From a virus: DNA of 64,000 nucleotides. Under the pieces are notes generated by a model that was given only the letters and a program-made list of their open reading frames with translations, did not search any database and was not told the origin of the DNA. Both the position numbers and the translations under genes were made by a program. How positions within the stretch are numbered: the first letter of the stretch is position 1; every line of letters begins with the position of its first letter. The stretch lies in IMG/VR virus record IMGVR_UViG_3300032294_002823; one strand, written 5' to 3'. Positions 37,192 to 45,399 of this stretch are shown piece after piece.

Positions 37192-37656
37192 ATGGGCTTG
37201 TTTAACAGAAGCATGGACGGCCGGAAAAACATCGACATCACGGAAATTCTTGACCTCCATCAAAGGTTCTTGAATGGAGATGAACAGGGTGTCATGGCAA
37301 ACTTGTCCAACACCAATTTGGCAGGCATGGATCTCACGGAAGTGAGTCTACGATATGCCGATTTGCGCGGGGCGAATCTCACACAAGCCAATTTAACGCG
37401 GGCGGATTTCACAGGTGTCAACTTGCAGGGCGCCAATCTGCGGAATGCCAATTGCACCGATGCCTTGTTTCGCTATGCCGATTTCACCCATAGTATTTGT
37501 GCCGGGGCAACATTCATGGGCGCCGACTTACGCAGCAGTGAATTGGTGAAATGCGATATGCGAAAAGCCAATTTCACCAATGCCGATTTCCGTGAAGTCA
37601 CGATGCGTCAGGTGAATCTCATGAATGCTCTATTAAATAACGCCATTTTTTGGTAA
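37192..37656 (+). CDS. Pentapeptide repeat protein
   Basis: A(D/N)Lxx repeats (ADLRGANLTQANLTRADF...). Confidence 0.9.
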   Translation: MGLFNRSMDGRKNIDITEILDLHQRFLNGDEQGVMANLSNTNLAGMDLTEVSLRYADLRGANLTQANLTRADFTGVNLQGANLRNANCTDALFRYADFTHSICAGATFMGADLRSSELVKCDMRKANFTNADFREVTMRQVNLMNALLNNAIFW

Positions 37657-37670
37657 CGACACAACAGGAG

Positions 37671-37865
37671 ATGATGATGTCAAAGTGGGACTATTTGGAC
37701 GAGGAATATGAACGTTATCAGCGCGTGGAGAAAATTCAGAAAAGCATGACACCCACGGGGAGTGTCACGGAGCATCTGAAATTCGTGGAACCGCGCAGAA
37801 ACAATGCCCAGAAGCGCCTCATGTATGCCCAGCAACGCGCTTTGAAACACCCAGTCTGGGATTAA
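37671..37865 (+). CDS. Hypothetical protein
   Basis: AGGAG SD; converges with minus-strand gene. Confidence 0.55.
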   Translation: MMMSKWDYLDEEYERYQRVEKIQKSMTPTGSVTEHLKFVEPRRNNAQKRLMYAQQRALKHPVWD

Positions 37866-38341
37866 CGGCGCCTTCTTCGTCCCCAGCACCAGCCGTCGGG
37901 TAACGTGAAGGGGAGATACATGAAATGTTCCCGTCCATCAGGACTGAGCGCCCAGCGTCTCGGTCCTCGATGCTTCATGCCCAGACTAATCTTCAATTTC
38001 GACCGGGGAGTATGGTGCATATTATAGAAATGATGATGTTCCCCGCGGCGTTGCTTCTTCATGGTGGCGGCGATTTTCCGTTTATGTGCATCAGATAATC
38101 CCGAGGCGTTGGGATTCTTGTTCCCGCGCTTGGCGTCGCGCATTTTTTCACGCCCTTCAGGGGTGATGCCCGTCCACGTGGTGTTCAATAAGGATGTGAC
38201 GGGATGCTGTTGTTTCTCGCAGTATCGTTGGGCATCTTGTATCTTCTTGAACACCCCGAGCAGTTCACTCCCAGGATGTGACATGCGCGGATGATGATCC
38301 GAGAGATACCAAATGTCCTCACGCTGAAACAGATAAATCAT
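37862..38341 (-). CDS. NUMOD3-motif DNA-binding protein
   Basis: REKMRDAKRGNKNP, LSDAHKRKI, H-PRSKLKIS repeats. Confidence 0.65.
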   Translation of the reverse strand: MIYLFQREDIWYLSDHHPRMSHPGSELLGVFKKIQDAQRYCEKQQHPVTSLLNTTWTGITPEGREKMRDAKRGNKNPNASGLSDAHKRKIAATMKKQRRGEHHHFYNMHHTPRSKLKISLGMKHRGPRRWALSPDGREHFMYLPFTLPDGWCWGRRRRR

Positions 38342-38790
38342 GTTTCCAAAATGCGCATGAAATGTCGATGTTGTTCACGAAATAACGTCTGAGTCATCAC
38401 CGACGTCCCATAATTGTCCAAATAGAAGGTTTCAGAAATGTTCGTGGCGAGTATGGCCTGAGCACATGACACACAGGGTGTATGCGTGACAAACAATGTA
38501 CAGTCAGACAACATGAACCAGCGCTCCCACCAAAACAGTTTCTTCAAGGCGTTCATTTCGGCATGAATCACAGTATCCAACGTTTTATTGTCACGTTCCA
38601 TGGTGTTGTCAGCACCCGCAGGGGTTCCATTATATCCCACACTAATGATGCGCCGTGAGGGACGATGCCAAATGACACATCCCACACGGGCACGAACAGC
38701 CCGACTGCGTTGAGATAATGCTCGAATGGTTTGAATACAGAAGCGCATGTCCCCAGGATGCATCTGAGACTTATGATTGAAAAGTGTCAT
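38338..38790 (-). CDS. cd: dCMP deaminase
   Basis: VGCVI...GYNGTP-G, HAEMNAL, PCVSCA. Confidence 0.9.
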   Translation of the reverse strand: MTLFNHKSQMHPGDMRFCIQTIRALSQRSRAVRARVGCVIWHRPSRRIISVGYNGTPAGADNTMERDNKTLDTVIHAEMNALKKLFWWERWFMLSDCTLFVTHTPCVSCAQAILATNISETFYLDNYGTSVMTQTLFREQHRHFMRILET

Positions 38791-38949
38791 AGAGTATTTT
38801 ATATATGAAAAACAATATCATGAGACATGATAATAAAAGAACACAGAGAATGCCAGAAACAAGAAAGATAGTCTGCGAGATGAAGGAAGTCAAGAGAGAA
38901 CACCAGAAGAAATGAGTTGTACTAAGACTAGAGATTGTGGATAATAGAC

Positions 38950-38957
38950 TATTTATA
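38950..38957 (-). promoter_or_regulatory. T4-type late promoter on minus strand
   Basis: TATTTATA on + strand (TATAAATA on -), upstream of dCMP deaminase. Confidence 0.5.
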
Positions 38958-39013
38958 AGGGTTTGAAATGAAGTAATCCCCCGCCTGCTCCCCATGTCCA
39001 CTGTGACCAGAAC

Positions 39014-39174
39014 TGCGGGTGTTATTGCGGGATATATCACGGGAAAAAATGCGGGTTATTCTGCGGGAAAAAATGCGGGTGGTGTGCGGGTGGTGTGCGG
39101 GTTGTGCACGTTCTCTTATACGCAATGCGCACCCCGCACCATGTAGCGCGCACCATCTAACACGCACCCCGCAC
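39014..39174. repeat. Iteron-like TGCGGG array with inverted copies
   Basis: Eight (T/C)(G/A)CGGG hexamers at 11-12 bp spacing (39014-39101), then CCCGCA copies near 39133 and 39168. Confidence 0.75.
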
Positions 39175-39267
39175 ATGATGATACGTAACCCCATGTACCC
39201 ACGCATCTTGACATATCATGGAACATCATGTATATTCAGAGATATACCCCACACACAGGAGATGGTT

Positions 39268-39498
39268 ATGGGAAATTCTGGAGCGCGTGCTGACCGTGAA
39301 ATGCAGGCCCTGATGCGGAAAGTGCGCAAGTTGGCGGCTCGACAGCGCGGGACCCCCCAGGAGCAGCAGGACCGGGAGGACCAGGAGGCGGCGCCGGCGA
39401 AGAGGCGGTTCGTGGATGTGTCAGGCGAACATGATGTCCGCGTGGAGGATGCCACCGCCGACGAGATTTTCCGCGAAATGAAGCGCCGGGATTTTTAA
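39268..39498 (+). CDS. Hypothetical early protein
   Basis: Promoter TTGACA(39208)-N17-TATATT and AGGAG SD. Confidence 0.65.
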   Translation: MGNSGARADREMQALMRKVRKLAARQRGTPQEQQDREDQEAAPAKRRFVDVSGEHDVRVEDATADEIFREMKRRDF

Positions 39499-39501
39499 AA
39501 T

Positions 39502-39640
39502 TGGGAAATCCTCAGGTACCTCAGCGCTGAACATCTCAACGCTGGGAATCTCAGCACGAAGATATTTTTGGGAATTTCGGAATTTCAGCACTGGGAATCT
39601 CAGCACTGAGACACCTGGAAATCGGAAAAAAATATTTTCC
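39502..39640. repeat. Degenerate ~15-bp repeats (CTCAGCACTGGGAAT)
   Basis: ctcagcgctgaacat, ctcaacgctgggaat, ctcagcacgaagata, ttcagcactgggaat, ctcagcactgagaca. Confidence 0.65.
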
Positions 39641-39682
39641 AAAAGCACTTGACAAATGGTTCCTGGGGTGCTAGATTGCGGT

Positions 39683-39868
39683 ATGATGAAAAACGACACC
39701 GAACTCCGCCTCGAGCTGACGTTCCATCCCGAGGCGTCCGAGGCAGAAAAAACGCAAATCACGCGCATGCTGGCAACGGCAATCGCCGACATCATGGATG
39801 ATGAAATGCGTTTCACGGATCTAGGCGAGCTGTTGCAGGATTACACGGTGAAGATGCACAGGGCTTGA
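39683..39868 (+). CDS. Hypothetical early protein (predicted leaderless)
   Basis: ATG 5 nt after -10 box; stop codon inside next TTGACA. Confidence 0.7.
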   Translation: MMKNDTELRLELTFHPEASEAEKTQITRMLATAIADIMDDEMRFTDLGELLQDYTVKMHRA

Positions 39869-39898
39869 CACATGGTGCCCCCTAGTGTATACTACAGT

Positions 39899-40090
39899 AT
39901 GATGAAAAACGACAACACAACCGAACAGGCGCAGCAGGCGCAGCAGGCGCAGCAGGCGCAGCAGGATCAGTCCCTCATGGGCGGCTACTATCATGGCCCC
40001 AGCAATGAGGCGGGGCTCACCGCCCGGGAATACTGGGACGCCCGGTGGGAATATGAGGATGAGCAGGAACGCCTCAGGAACGATTGGTAA
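39899..40090 (+). CDS. Hypothetical early protein with (QAQ)4 repeat (predicted leaderless)
   Basis: CAGGCGCAG x4 at 39926-39961; ATG 5 nt after -10 box. Confidence 0.65.
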   Translation: MMKNDNTTEQAQQAQQAQQAQQDQSLMGGYYHGPSNEAGLTAREYWDARWEYEDEQERLRNDW

Positions 40091-40091
40091 C

Positions 40092-40397
40092 ATGATGCGT
40101 AGACGCATACAACCCAAGCCCCCCACGGGCACCCAGGCTCTACTCGCGGCAGAGCGCGAGGCGCGCAAGCAACGGTTACAATCCCGGGTCAGGCTCAGCC
40201 CAGGTGGGCGCCCCATGTGCCAGTACTGCGGGGTGCATGAGGCCCAGCATACGGGGCATCGCAGAAAGGATGGGAGCGTGATTTTGCGAAAACATGAAAA
40301 GCTGTACACTTGCGCAGAATGCCATAATACACGCTATGACATCACCCCCTATTGGGGACCGCGATATAAACGCGAGGATGTTGCTGAGGCCTACTAA
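40092..40397 (+). CDS. Zinc-finger hypothetical protein
   Basis: CQYC...CAECH. Confidence 0.6.
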   Translation: MMRRRIQPKPPTGTQALLAAEREARKQRLQSRVRLSPGGRPMCQYCGVHEAQHTGHRRKDGSVILRKHEKLYTCAECHNTRYDITPYWGPRYKREDVAEAY

Positions 40398-40483
40398 GTG
40401 CATGGAAATCAAGCACTTACCCCAGGGCTTGACAAATGGTGGAAACCAGTTTATACTACGGTATACACTCAAAGGAGAACAGC

Positions 40484-40651
40484 ATGACGGTGTTCGTGGT
40501 GATGGGTTCAGGCGACAAAAATGGCACCCTGCCTGAGTATACGCTTCGGGTGTTTGCTGAGCGCAAGGATGCCGTGCAGTATAAAAAGGAATTGCGGAAC
40601 CAGGCCTTCAGCTACGTGACCATCACCGAACGTCAGGTGAACAGGGCTTGA
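40484..40651 (+). CDS. Hypothetical early protein
   Basis: AAGGAG SD; stop inside TTGACA. Confidence 0.7.
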   Translation: MTVFVVMGSGDKNGTLPEYTLRVFAERKDAVQYKKELRNQAFSYVTITERQVNRA

Positions 40652-40703
40652 CAAATGGTGGAAACCAGTTTAGCTTTAGGTATACACTCAAAAGGAGAAC
40701 AGC

Positions 40704-40994
40704 TTGTCCCAGTATAACGGTTGGACGAACTATGAAACGTGGCGCGTGAACCTGGAAATGCTCGACGGGATGACCATCGAGGACTTCGGATACACGGTTC
40801 GCTACAGCGACCCCGACGACATGGAGAAGTTGGTGGAGGACCTGGCAGGCAGCTTGGAAGAGTATGTGAATGAGCTAGTGGAGCAGGACTCCAAGGGGTT
40901 CGCGCTCGACCTCGCCCAGAGTTTCCTCAGCAAGGTGGATTGGGAGGAAATCGCGGAGCACATGGTGGATGACTACGCAGCGGAGATGGTGTAA
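40704..40994 (+). CDS. Conserved acidic early protein
   Basis: YNGWTNYETW-V-L...V-W-EIA; TTG start after AAGGAG. Confidence 0.75.
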   Translation: MSQYNGWTNYETWRVNLEMLDGMTIEDFGYTVRYSDPDDMEKLVEDLAGSLEEYVNELVEQDSKGFALDLAQSFLSKVDWEEIAEHMVDDYAAEMV

Positions 40995-41269
40995 TGGTAA
41001 ATCGTAACCAGGTGGCATTTGTGAACATTGTTCCGGTGTTGGAGCATATGGGATACTCCGAGGATGAGCAGGATCAGATTCTGGATGCTGGGTTCAGCAA
41101 CGTCACTTGGGGAGATGCCACCTACACGCTGATTGGCAACAACTTCGCCTTGGATTGCATTCACCGGGGCAACGTGTATCTGGACACGCCTCTGGCTGAG
41201 GATGCTGTCACTATGCGATATTGGGAAGTGGTGGGACAGGATGATTACATCAACATGGAGTGGTTCTAA
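40994..41269 (+). CDS. Hypothetical protein
   Basis: TAATG coupling. Confidence 0.7.
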   Translation: MVNRNQVAFVNIVPVLEHMGYSEDEQDQILDAGFSNVTWGDATYTLIGNNFALDCIHRGNVYLDTPLAEDAVTMRYWEVVGQDDYINMEWF

Positions 41270-41490
41270 TGGATCAGCATTTCACGGACACGGAACGCAA
41301 GGCCATCACCGACGCCTACATCCACCGGGTCATGGATAATATGTCCATGGCAGAGCTCTGCCAGTTTATGTATGAAAAGCTGGACGAGGAGTTGAATGAG
41401 CTGAATGACATTCAGCTGGAGTCGCAGGTTGCTGAGTATGCGCCGGACATTATCGAGGATGTAATGTTTCCCACCATCAAGGAACACTAA
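41269..41490 (+). CDS. Acidic hypothetical protein
   Basis: TAATG coupling. Confidence 0.7.
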   Translation: MDQHFTDTERKAITDAYIHRVMDNMSMAELCQFMYEKLDEELNELNDIQLESQVAEYAPDIIEDVMFPTIKEH

Positions 41491-41663
41491 TGCTTTGGCG
41501 ATTTGAGGATGCCACGGGTGTGTGGCGGACGGGCAAGATGGAACGGTTTTCGGATTTCGGTGGCACCGATGTCACCTATTGGTTCAAGGATCAGGATGGA
41601 CGCATCCACCTGGTGTCAGGCGCACGACTCAAGGCAGCATACCCCTTTCCAGAGGCAAACTAA
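41490..41663 (+). CDS. Hypothetical protein (57 aa)
   Basis: MLWRFEDATGVWRTGKM...; TAATG coupling; not in ORF track. Confidence 0.65.
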   Translation: MLWRFEDATGVWRTGKMERFSDFGGTDVTYWFKDQDGRIHLVSGARLKAAYPFPEAN

Positions 41664-41664
41664 C

Positions 41665-41844
41665 ATGGCGGAACGCATTCTCGGTGCACTGTACGAAGGC
41701 AAGGAATATCAGCAGGCGATGGCAGAGGCCAAGCGGGAGTTCCAAGCCTGGGAGCGGGATAAAAAGCGCAACCGCGTGTCCACCAAGGAGAAATACAAGG
41801 CGCAGCGCCTCGCCAAGCTCCATATGATGGAGATGATGCGCTAA
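41665..41844 (+). CDS. Hypothetical protein
   Basis: MAERILG...; stop is the TAA of the TAAGT element. Confidence 0.65.
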   Translation: MAERILGALYEGKEYQQAMAEAKREFQAWERDKKRNRVSTKEKYKAQRLAKLHMMEMMR

Positions 41845-41911
41845 GTCCATGTAAATCAAGCACTTACGCCAGGGCTTGACAAATGGGGGAAACGGTGCTA
41901 TATTACACTAT

Positions 41912-42256
41912 ATGATGAATAACACCTACTCCGATGATGTGCGCGTGATGACTGCCGCGCTCCTGGTGTCCACGCAGTGCTATGAAAACTACGCCTTCAC
42001 GCCGGAAGGGGATGTGGATGGGGAGAACCCCTACTGGAAGGCGAAGGGGGGATCGGACTACCTGATCCTCAACGTGGACGCAGAGTCCACGGGGCTGGAG
42101 ATCCAGTATGTACTGGATGCCGTGGCTCCGCAGGTGGAGACGGACAACCCCCTCTTCCGGGAGTACATCATTGGATCCCGGGTGGTGCCTGCCAACTTCA
42201 CCTTCGGGGATTGGCGGGATGACTTCCTGGAAACCATTCCCAACCCCAGGGCTTGA
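41912..42256 (+). CDS. Conserved early protein (predicted leaderless)
   Basis: TQ-YENY...YWKAKGGS-Y motif; ATG 7 nt after -10 box. Confidence 0.75.
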   Translation: MMNNTYSDDVRVMTAALLVSTQCYENYAFTPEGDVDGENPYWKAKGGSDYLILNVDAESTGLEIQYVLDAVAPQVETDNPLFREYIIGSRVVPANFTFGDWRDDFLETIPNPRA

Positions 42257-42288
42257 CAAACCCGGAATCCGGTGCTATATTACAGTAT

Positions 42289-42480
42289 ATGAAAACATAC
42301 ACCATTAATCGGTTCGCTGAGGTTGAGGGCTTCGCCTCCACGTGGTACGTCATTAACATGGTGACGGGTCTGGCGCAGGACACCGTGTACCGCACCTACA
42401 CCGAGGCGCGCGCTGCCGCGGATTTCCTGAAAACCTATTATCAGGCAGTGGAGCGGGGGCACCCACCCCGATCCTGGTGA
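42289..42480 (+). CDS. Hypothetical early protein (predicted leaderless)
   Basis: ATG 7 nt after -10 box; no SD. Confidence 0.65.
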   Translation: MKTYTINRFAEVEGFASTWYVINMVTGLAQDTVYRTYTEARAAADFLKTYYQAVERGHPPRSW

Positions 42481-42520
42481 GCACTTGACAAATGGTTCCC
42501 CGGGTGCTATATTACATGGT

Positions 42521-42697
42521 ATGATGAATATTTACCAAATCCGAGAATACCCCGACGGCATCGCCGTGGTGGACGTGCGCACCAACTCCACGATTAATAC
42601 GTGGAACCCCGAGCTCAAGCACATGGCGGTGCACTTCTGCCAGCTCCTGAATGAGCGCCTGGACCGGGAAATTTGGTCGAAACCCATTTACGCCTAG
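42521..42697 (+). CDS. Hypothetical early protein (predicted leaderless)
   Basis: ATG 7 nt after -10 box; no SD. Confidence 0.65.
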   Translation: MMNIYQIREYPDGIAVVDVRTNSTINTWNPELKHMAVHFCQLLNERLDREIWSKPIYA

Positions 42698-42756
42698 GGC
42701 TTGACAAATGGTTCCCAGGGTGCTATATTACAGTATACACTCAAAGGAGATTAAGC

Positions 42757-42939
42757 ATGTACCATGTCCCGATGTGCAAGGTGTGCGGCGAGCATGAGGT
42801 GGGCACGTTCATCGGTAGCGCGGAGTTTTGCTCGGAGAAGTGCCAGACGGAGGCTTGCTACTCCTATGATGCCCCGGGCGACGGATGGGGGTATGATGAC
42901 TGCGAAGCCCTCTATGCAGGATCCTACTCTGAGGAGTAG
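42757..42939 (+). CDS. Small zinc-finger early protein
   Basis: CKVC...FCSEKC; AAGGAG SD. Confidence 0.7.
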   Translation: MYHVPMCKVCGEHEVGTFIGSAEFCSEKCQTEACYSYDAPGDGWGYDDCEALYAGSYSEE

Positions 42940-43012
42940 GGCTTGACAAATGGTTGAAACGGTGCTAGATTACGCAGTATAGTCACTCAACACAACACAC
43001 ATCCCAGGAACT

Positions 43013-43852
43013 ATGTCTCTCCAGATTAAGCGTCGTGGTCGTCCCTCCAAGCAGATGCTCGCCGAGCGCGCCTCGAAGGCAACCGTCAAGGCTCGCACCG
43101 ATATCGAGGTTCTCACCGACCTCAAGGATCGGTTCGACATGTTGGGCAAGCTCACGCAGGGTAGCACCAAGGGTGACATTCGCAGCATGGTGGTGACGGG
43201 TGCCCCAGGCGTAGGCAAGACCTACACGGTGAGCAACATCCTTGAGAATACGCCGAACATTGTCACGGAGTCGGTGTCGGGCGCCATCAGCGCGGTCGAG
43301 CTCTACAAGCTCGGGTATCGCAATCGCAAGCACGGCAACGTGATTGTCCTGGATGACGCCGACAGCATCTTCACCGATGAGGACGCGCTCAACATCCTCA
43401 AGGCGCTCTGCGACTCCAGCGCCAATCGCCGCGTGTCTTGGCTCAAGGACAGTCACACGCTCAAGCAGGATGATGTTCCGCAGAGCTATGAATTTCACGG
43501 CTCATTCATTTTCATTTCCAACCTTGACTTCCAGAAGTATGTAGACATGGGCGGGAACAAGTATGTCACGCATTTCGAGGCGCTCATGTCACGTAGCCTC
43601 TACTTGGATCTGCGTCTCCATGACCGGCAGGCCATTAGTCTCTGGATCGAGCACATTGCCACGGGCGGCAAGCTCTTTGCGCGGGAAAATGTCAAGCCAG
43701 ACGTTGGGAATAAGATTCTCGCCTTCATTAAGCAGCATCGGGACGACCTGCGTGAGCTGAGTCTGCGTACGGTCATGAAGCTCTGCGCGCTTGCCAAGAG
43801 TCACCCCACGGACTGGGAGCGCATGGGACGGGTTCTCTTGACGCGAGGCTAA
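43013..43852 (+). CDS. AAA+ ATPase with N-terminal AT-hook
   Basis: KRRGRPSK; Walker A GAPGVGKT; Walker B VIVLDDAD; FISN; AL-SR. Confidence 0.85.
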   Translation: MSLQIKRRGRPSKQMLAERASKATVKARTDIEVLTDLKDRFDMLGKLTQGSTKGDIRSMVVTGAPGVGKTYTVSNILENTPNIVTESVSGAISAVELYKLGYRNRKHGNVIVLDDADSIFTDEDALNILKALCDSSANRRVSWLKDSHTLKQDDVPQSYEFHGSFIFISNLDFQKYVDMGGNKYVTHFEALMSRSLYLDLRLHDRQAISLWIEHIATGGKLFARENVKPDVGNKILAFIKQHRDDLRELSLRTVMKLCALAKSHPTDWERMGRVLLTRG

Positions 43853-43957
43853 GTGCATGGGACGTAAGCACTTATCCCCTCGCGCCCGTAAGTGCATATA
43901 AATCAAGCACTTAGCCAGGGCTTGACAAATGGTTCCCCGGGTGCTATATTACGCTAT

Positions 43958-44131
43958 ATGACTAAAACGACCAAGACAATCGACGCAACGCCCACGTGGG
44001 AATCACTGGTTCCCGTTCTCCTCTACCTTGTCCGAAACGCGCGCACCGTGAGCGCGGATATTGAGCAGGAGCTGGTTCGCATGGCTCAAGCAGCCGATAA
44101 GTGGAACGCTCACTGCAAGGAGACCCGCTAA
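43958..44131 (+). CDS. Hypothetical early protein (predicted leaderless)
   Basis: TID-TPTW motif; ATG 7 nt after -10 box. Confidence 0.65.
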   Translation: MTKTTKTIDATPTWESLVPVLLYLVRNARTVSADIEQELVRMAQAADKWNAHCKETR

Positions 44132-44844
44132 TGTTTACGGAAGTGAACCCCAAGCTGGTGAAGGGTGAAATCCTCGGGTACAAGAGCTTCGGGATCCATT
44201 TTGCCCCGGCGCGGATCTCGGGGTATCAGGTGTGCAGTTCCGCGAGCGAAGGATGCACCACGGCGTGCCTCTACACCTCGGGACATGGCAGGTTCACGCG
44301 CACGCAGGAATCGCGCATCGCCAAGACCCGTCGGTTTTTCGAGGAGCGTCCTGAGTTCCTCACGGAGCTGGTGAAGCACGTGGAAGCTGCCATCCGGAAG
44401 GCGAAGCGGTTGCAGCTCACCCCAGCATTCCGGTTCAACCTCACTTCCGACGTGCGCTGGGAACTGGTCCCCGTCATGGTGAAGGGTGTCCAGTATGAAA
44501 ACATCATGCAGGCATTTCCGCAGGTGCAATTTTACGATTACACCAAGCATACGAACCGCAGGAACATCCCCGCAAACTACCACCTCACGTTCTCACGCAG
44601 CGAAAGCAATGATGGTGACGTAGAGGAGATGTTTTTCCAGGGATACAACGTGGCGGTGGTGTTCGACACCAAGAAGGGTGAACCCCTGCCCACCACGTAC
44701 AAGGGTCGCCCCGTAATTGACGGCGACGAACATGACCTGAGGTTCCTAGACCCCAAGGGTGTTTGGGTGGGTCTGCGCGGCAAGGGGGAAGCCAAGAAGC
44801 ACGACCACAATGGGTTTGTCATCATCACACGCAACAGGAGCTAA
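44131..44844 (+). CDS. GP88-family protein (Cys-cluster, radical-SAM-like fold)
   Basis: C-----GC---CL, R-N-TSD, QFYDYTK, NYHLTFS-SE, DGD-HDLRFLD. Confidence 0.75.
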   Translation: MFTEVNPKLVKGEILGYKSFGIHFAPARISGYQVCSSASEGCTTACLYTSGHGRFTRTQESRIAKTRRFFEERPEFLTELVKHVEAAIRKAKRLQLTPAFRFNLTSDVRWELVPVMVKGVQYENIMQAFPQVQFYDYTKHTNRRNIPANYHLTFSRSESNDGDVEEMFFQGYNVAVVFDTKKGEPLPTTYKGRPVIDGDEHDLRFLDPKGVWVGLRGKGEAKKHDHNGFVIITRNRS

Positions 44845-44846
44845 TT

Positions 44847-44969
44847 ATGGATAACGTGACATATTTCTTTGCATTTCTCGGCGCCACTCTGACCGGATCC
44901 CTTGTAGGCATTTTGCTTGCGGAATTGGTGCTGCGCGCGAAGGACGCCATCCAAGGGGTGTCGTCATGA
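44847..44969 (+). CDS. Small TM protein
   Basis: AGGAG SD; hydrophobic core. Confidence 0.55.
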   Translation: MDNVTYFFAFLGATLTGSLVGILLAELVLRAKDAIQGVSS

Positions 44970-45198
44970 TGAACATCCTCATGATGCTGATGATCCTGGC
45001 GATAGGAGTGCTGGCAGGCGGCGTTATGATATATGTTCTGGACAGGACATGAAAACCGAGGTAGGGAAATCTCTAGTCATCCATAGTGTGTAAGGCGACA
45101 TAAACCCCCTATTGACAGGTATCGTGTCTTTCCCCCTTACATGAAAAACTCCATACATTGTCAGAATTCCCTATAGAAAAAATTTTTCCCAGCAAAAC

Positions 45199-45399
45199 AT
45201 GACTCTTATACTGTTTTCCATCTTTCTGTTATGCATCACCCTGTTACCCGGGGTGTTGTATCGAAAATCTCAGGGACATGATGTTCCTCCCATTCTTGCC
45301 ATTCTTTCCACAACATTGTTCTTTTTCTCACCCATTGTGTTGTTGTTGGGCATCATTTATTACATCCTTCATCTCATCATTGTTGGAGTGTTTTCATGA
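45199..45399 (+). CDS. Small membrane protein
   Basis: Two hydrophobic helices. Confidence 0.55.
   Translation: MTLILFSIFLLCITLLPGVLYRKSQGHDVPPILAILSTTLFFFSPIVLLLGIIYYILHLIIVGVFS

Larger units (their letters stand above)
39645..43960 (+). repeat. Array of 10 near-identical early promoter elements delimiting gene cassettes
   Basis: -35 TTGACA at 39649, 39865, 40429, 40648, 41876, 42253, 42485, 42701, 42943, 43922; consensus GGGCTTGACAAATGG-N-GTGCTA(T/G)ATTAC. Confidence 0.9.

Noticed and set aside
39019-39267. N-terminal extension of the 39019-39498 ORF
   Set aside because: It runs through the repeat array and a promoter; the SD-led start is at 39268
39014-39640. CRISPR or mini-array reading of the repeats
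   Set aside because: Repeat units are 6-15 bp with no 25-40 bp unique spacers, and there are no cas genes
39645-43960. True integron with attC sites
   Set aside because: No integron integrase and no RYYYAAC/GTTRRRY boxes; the repeats are promoters
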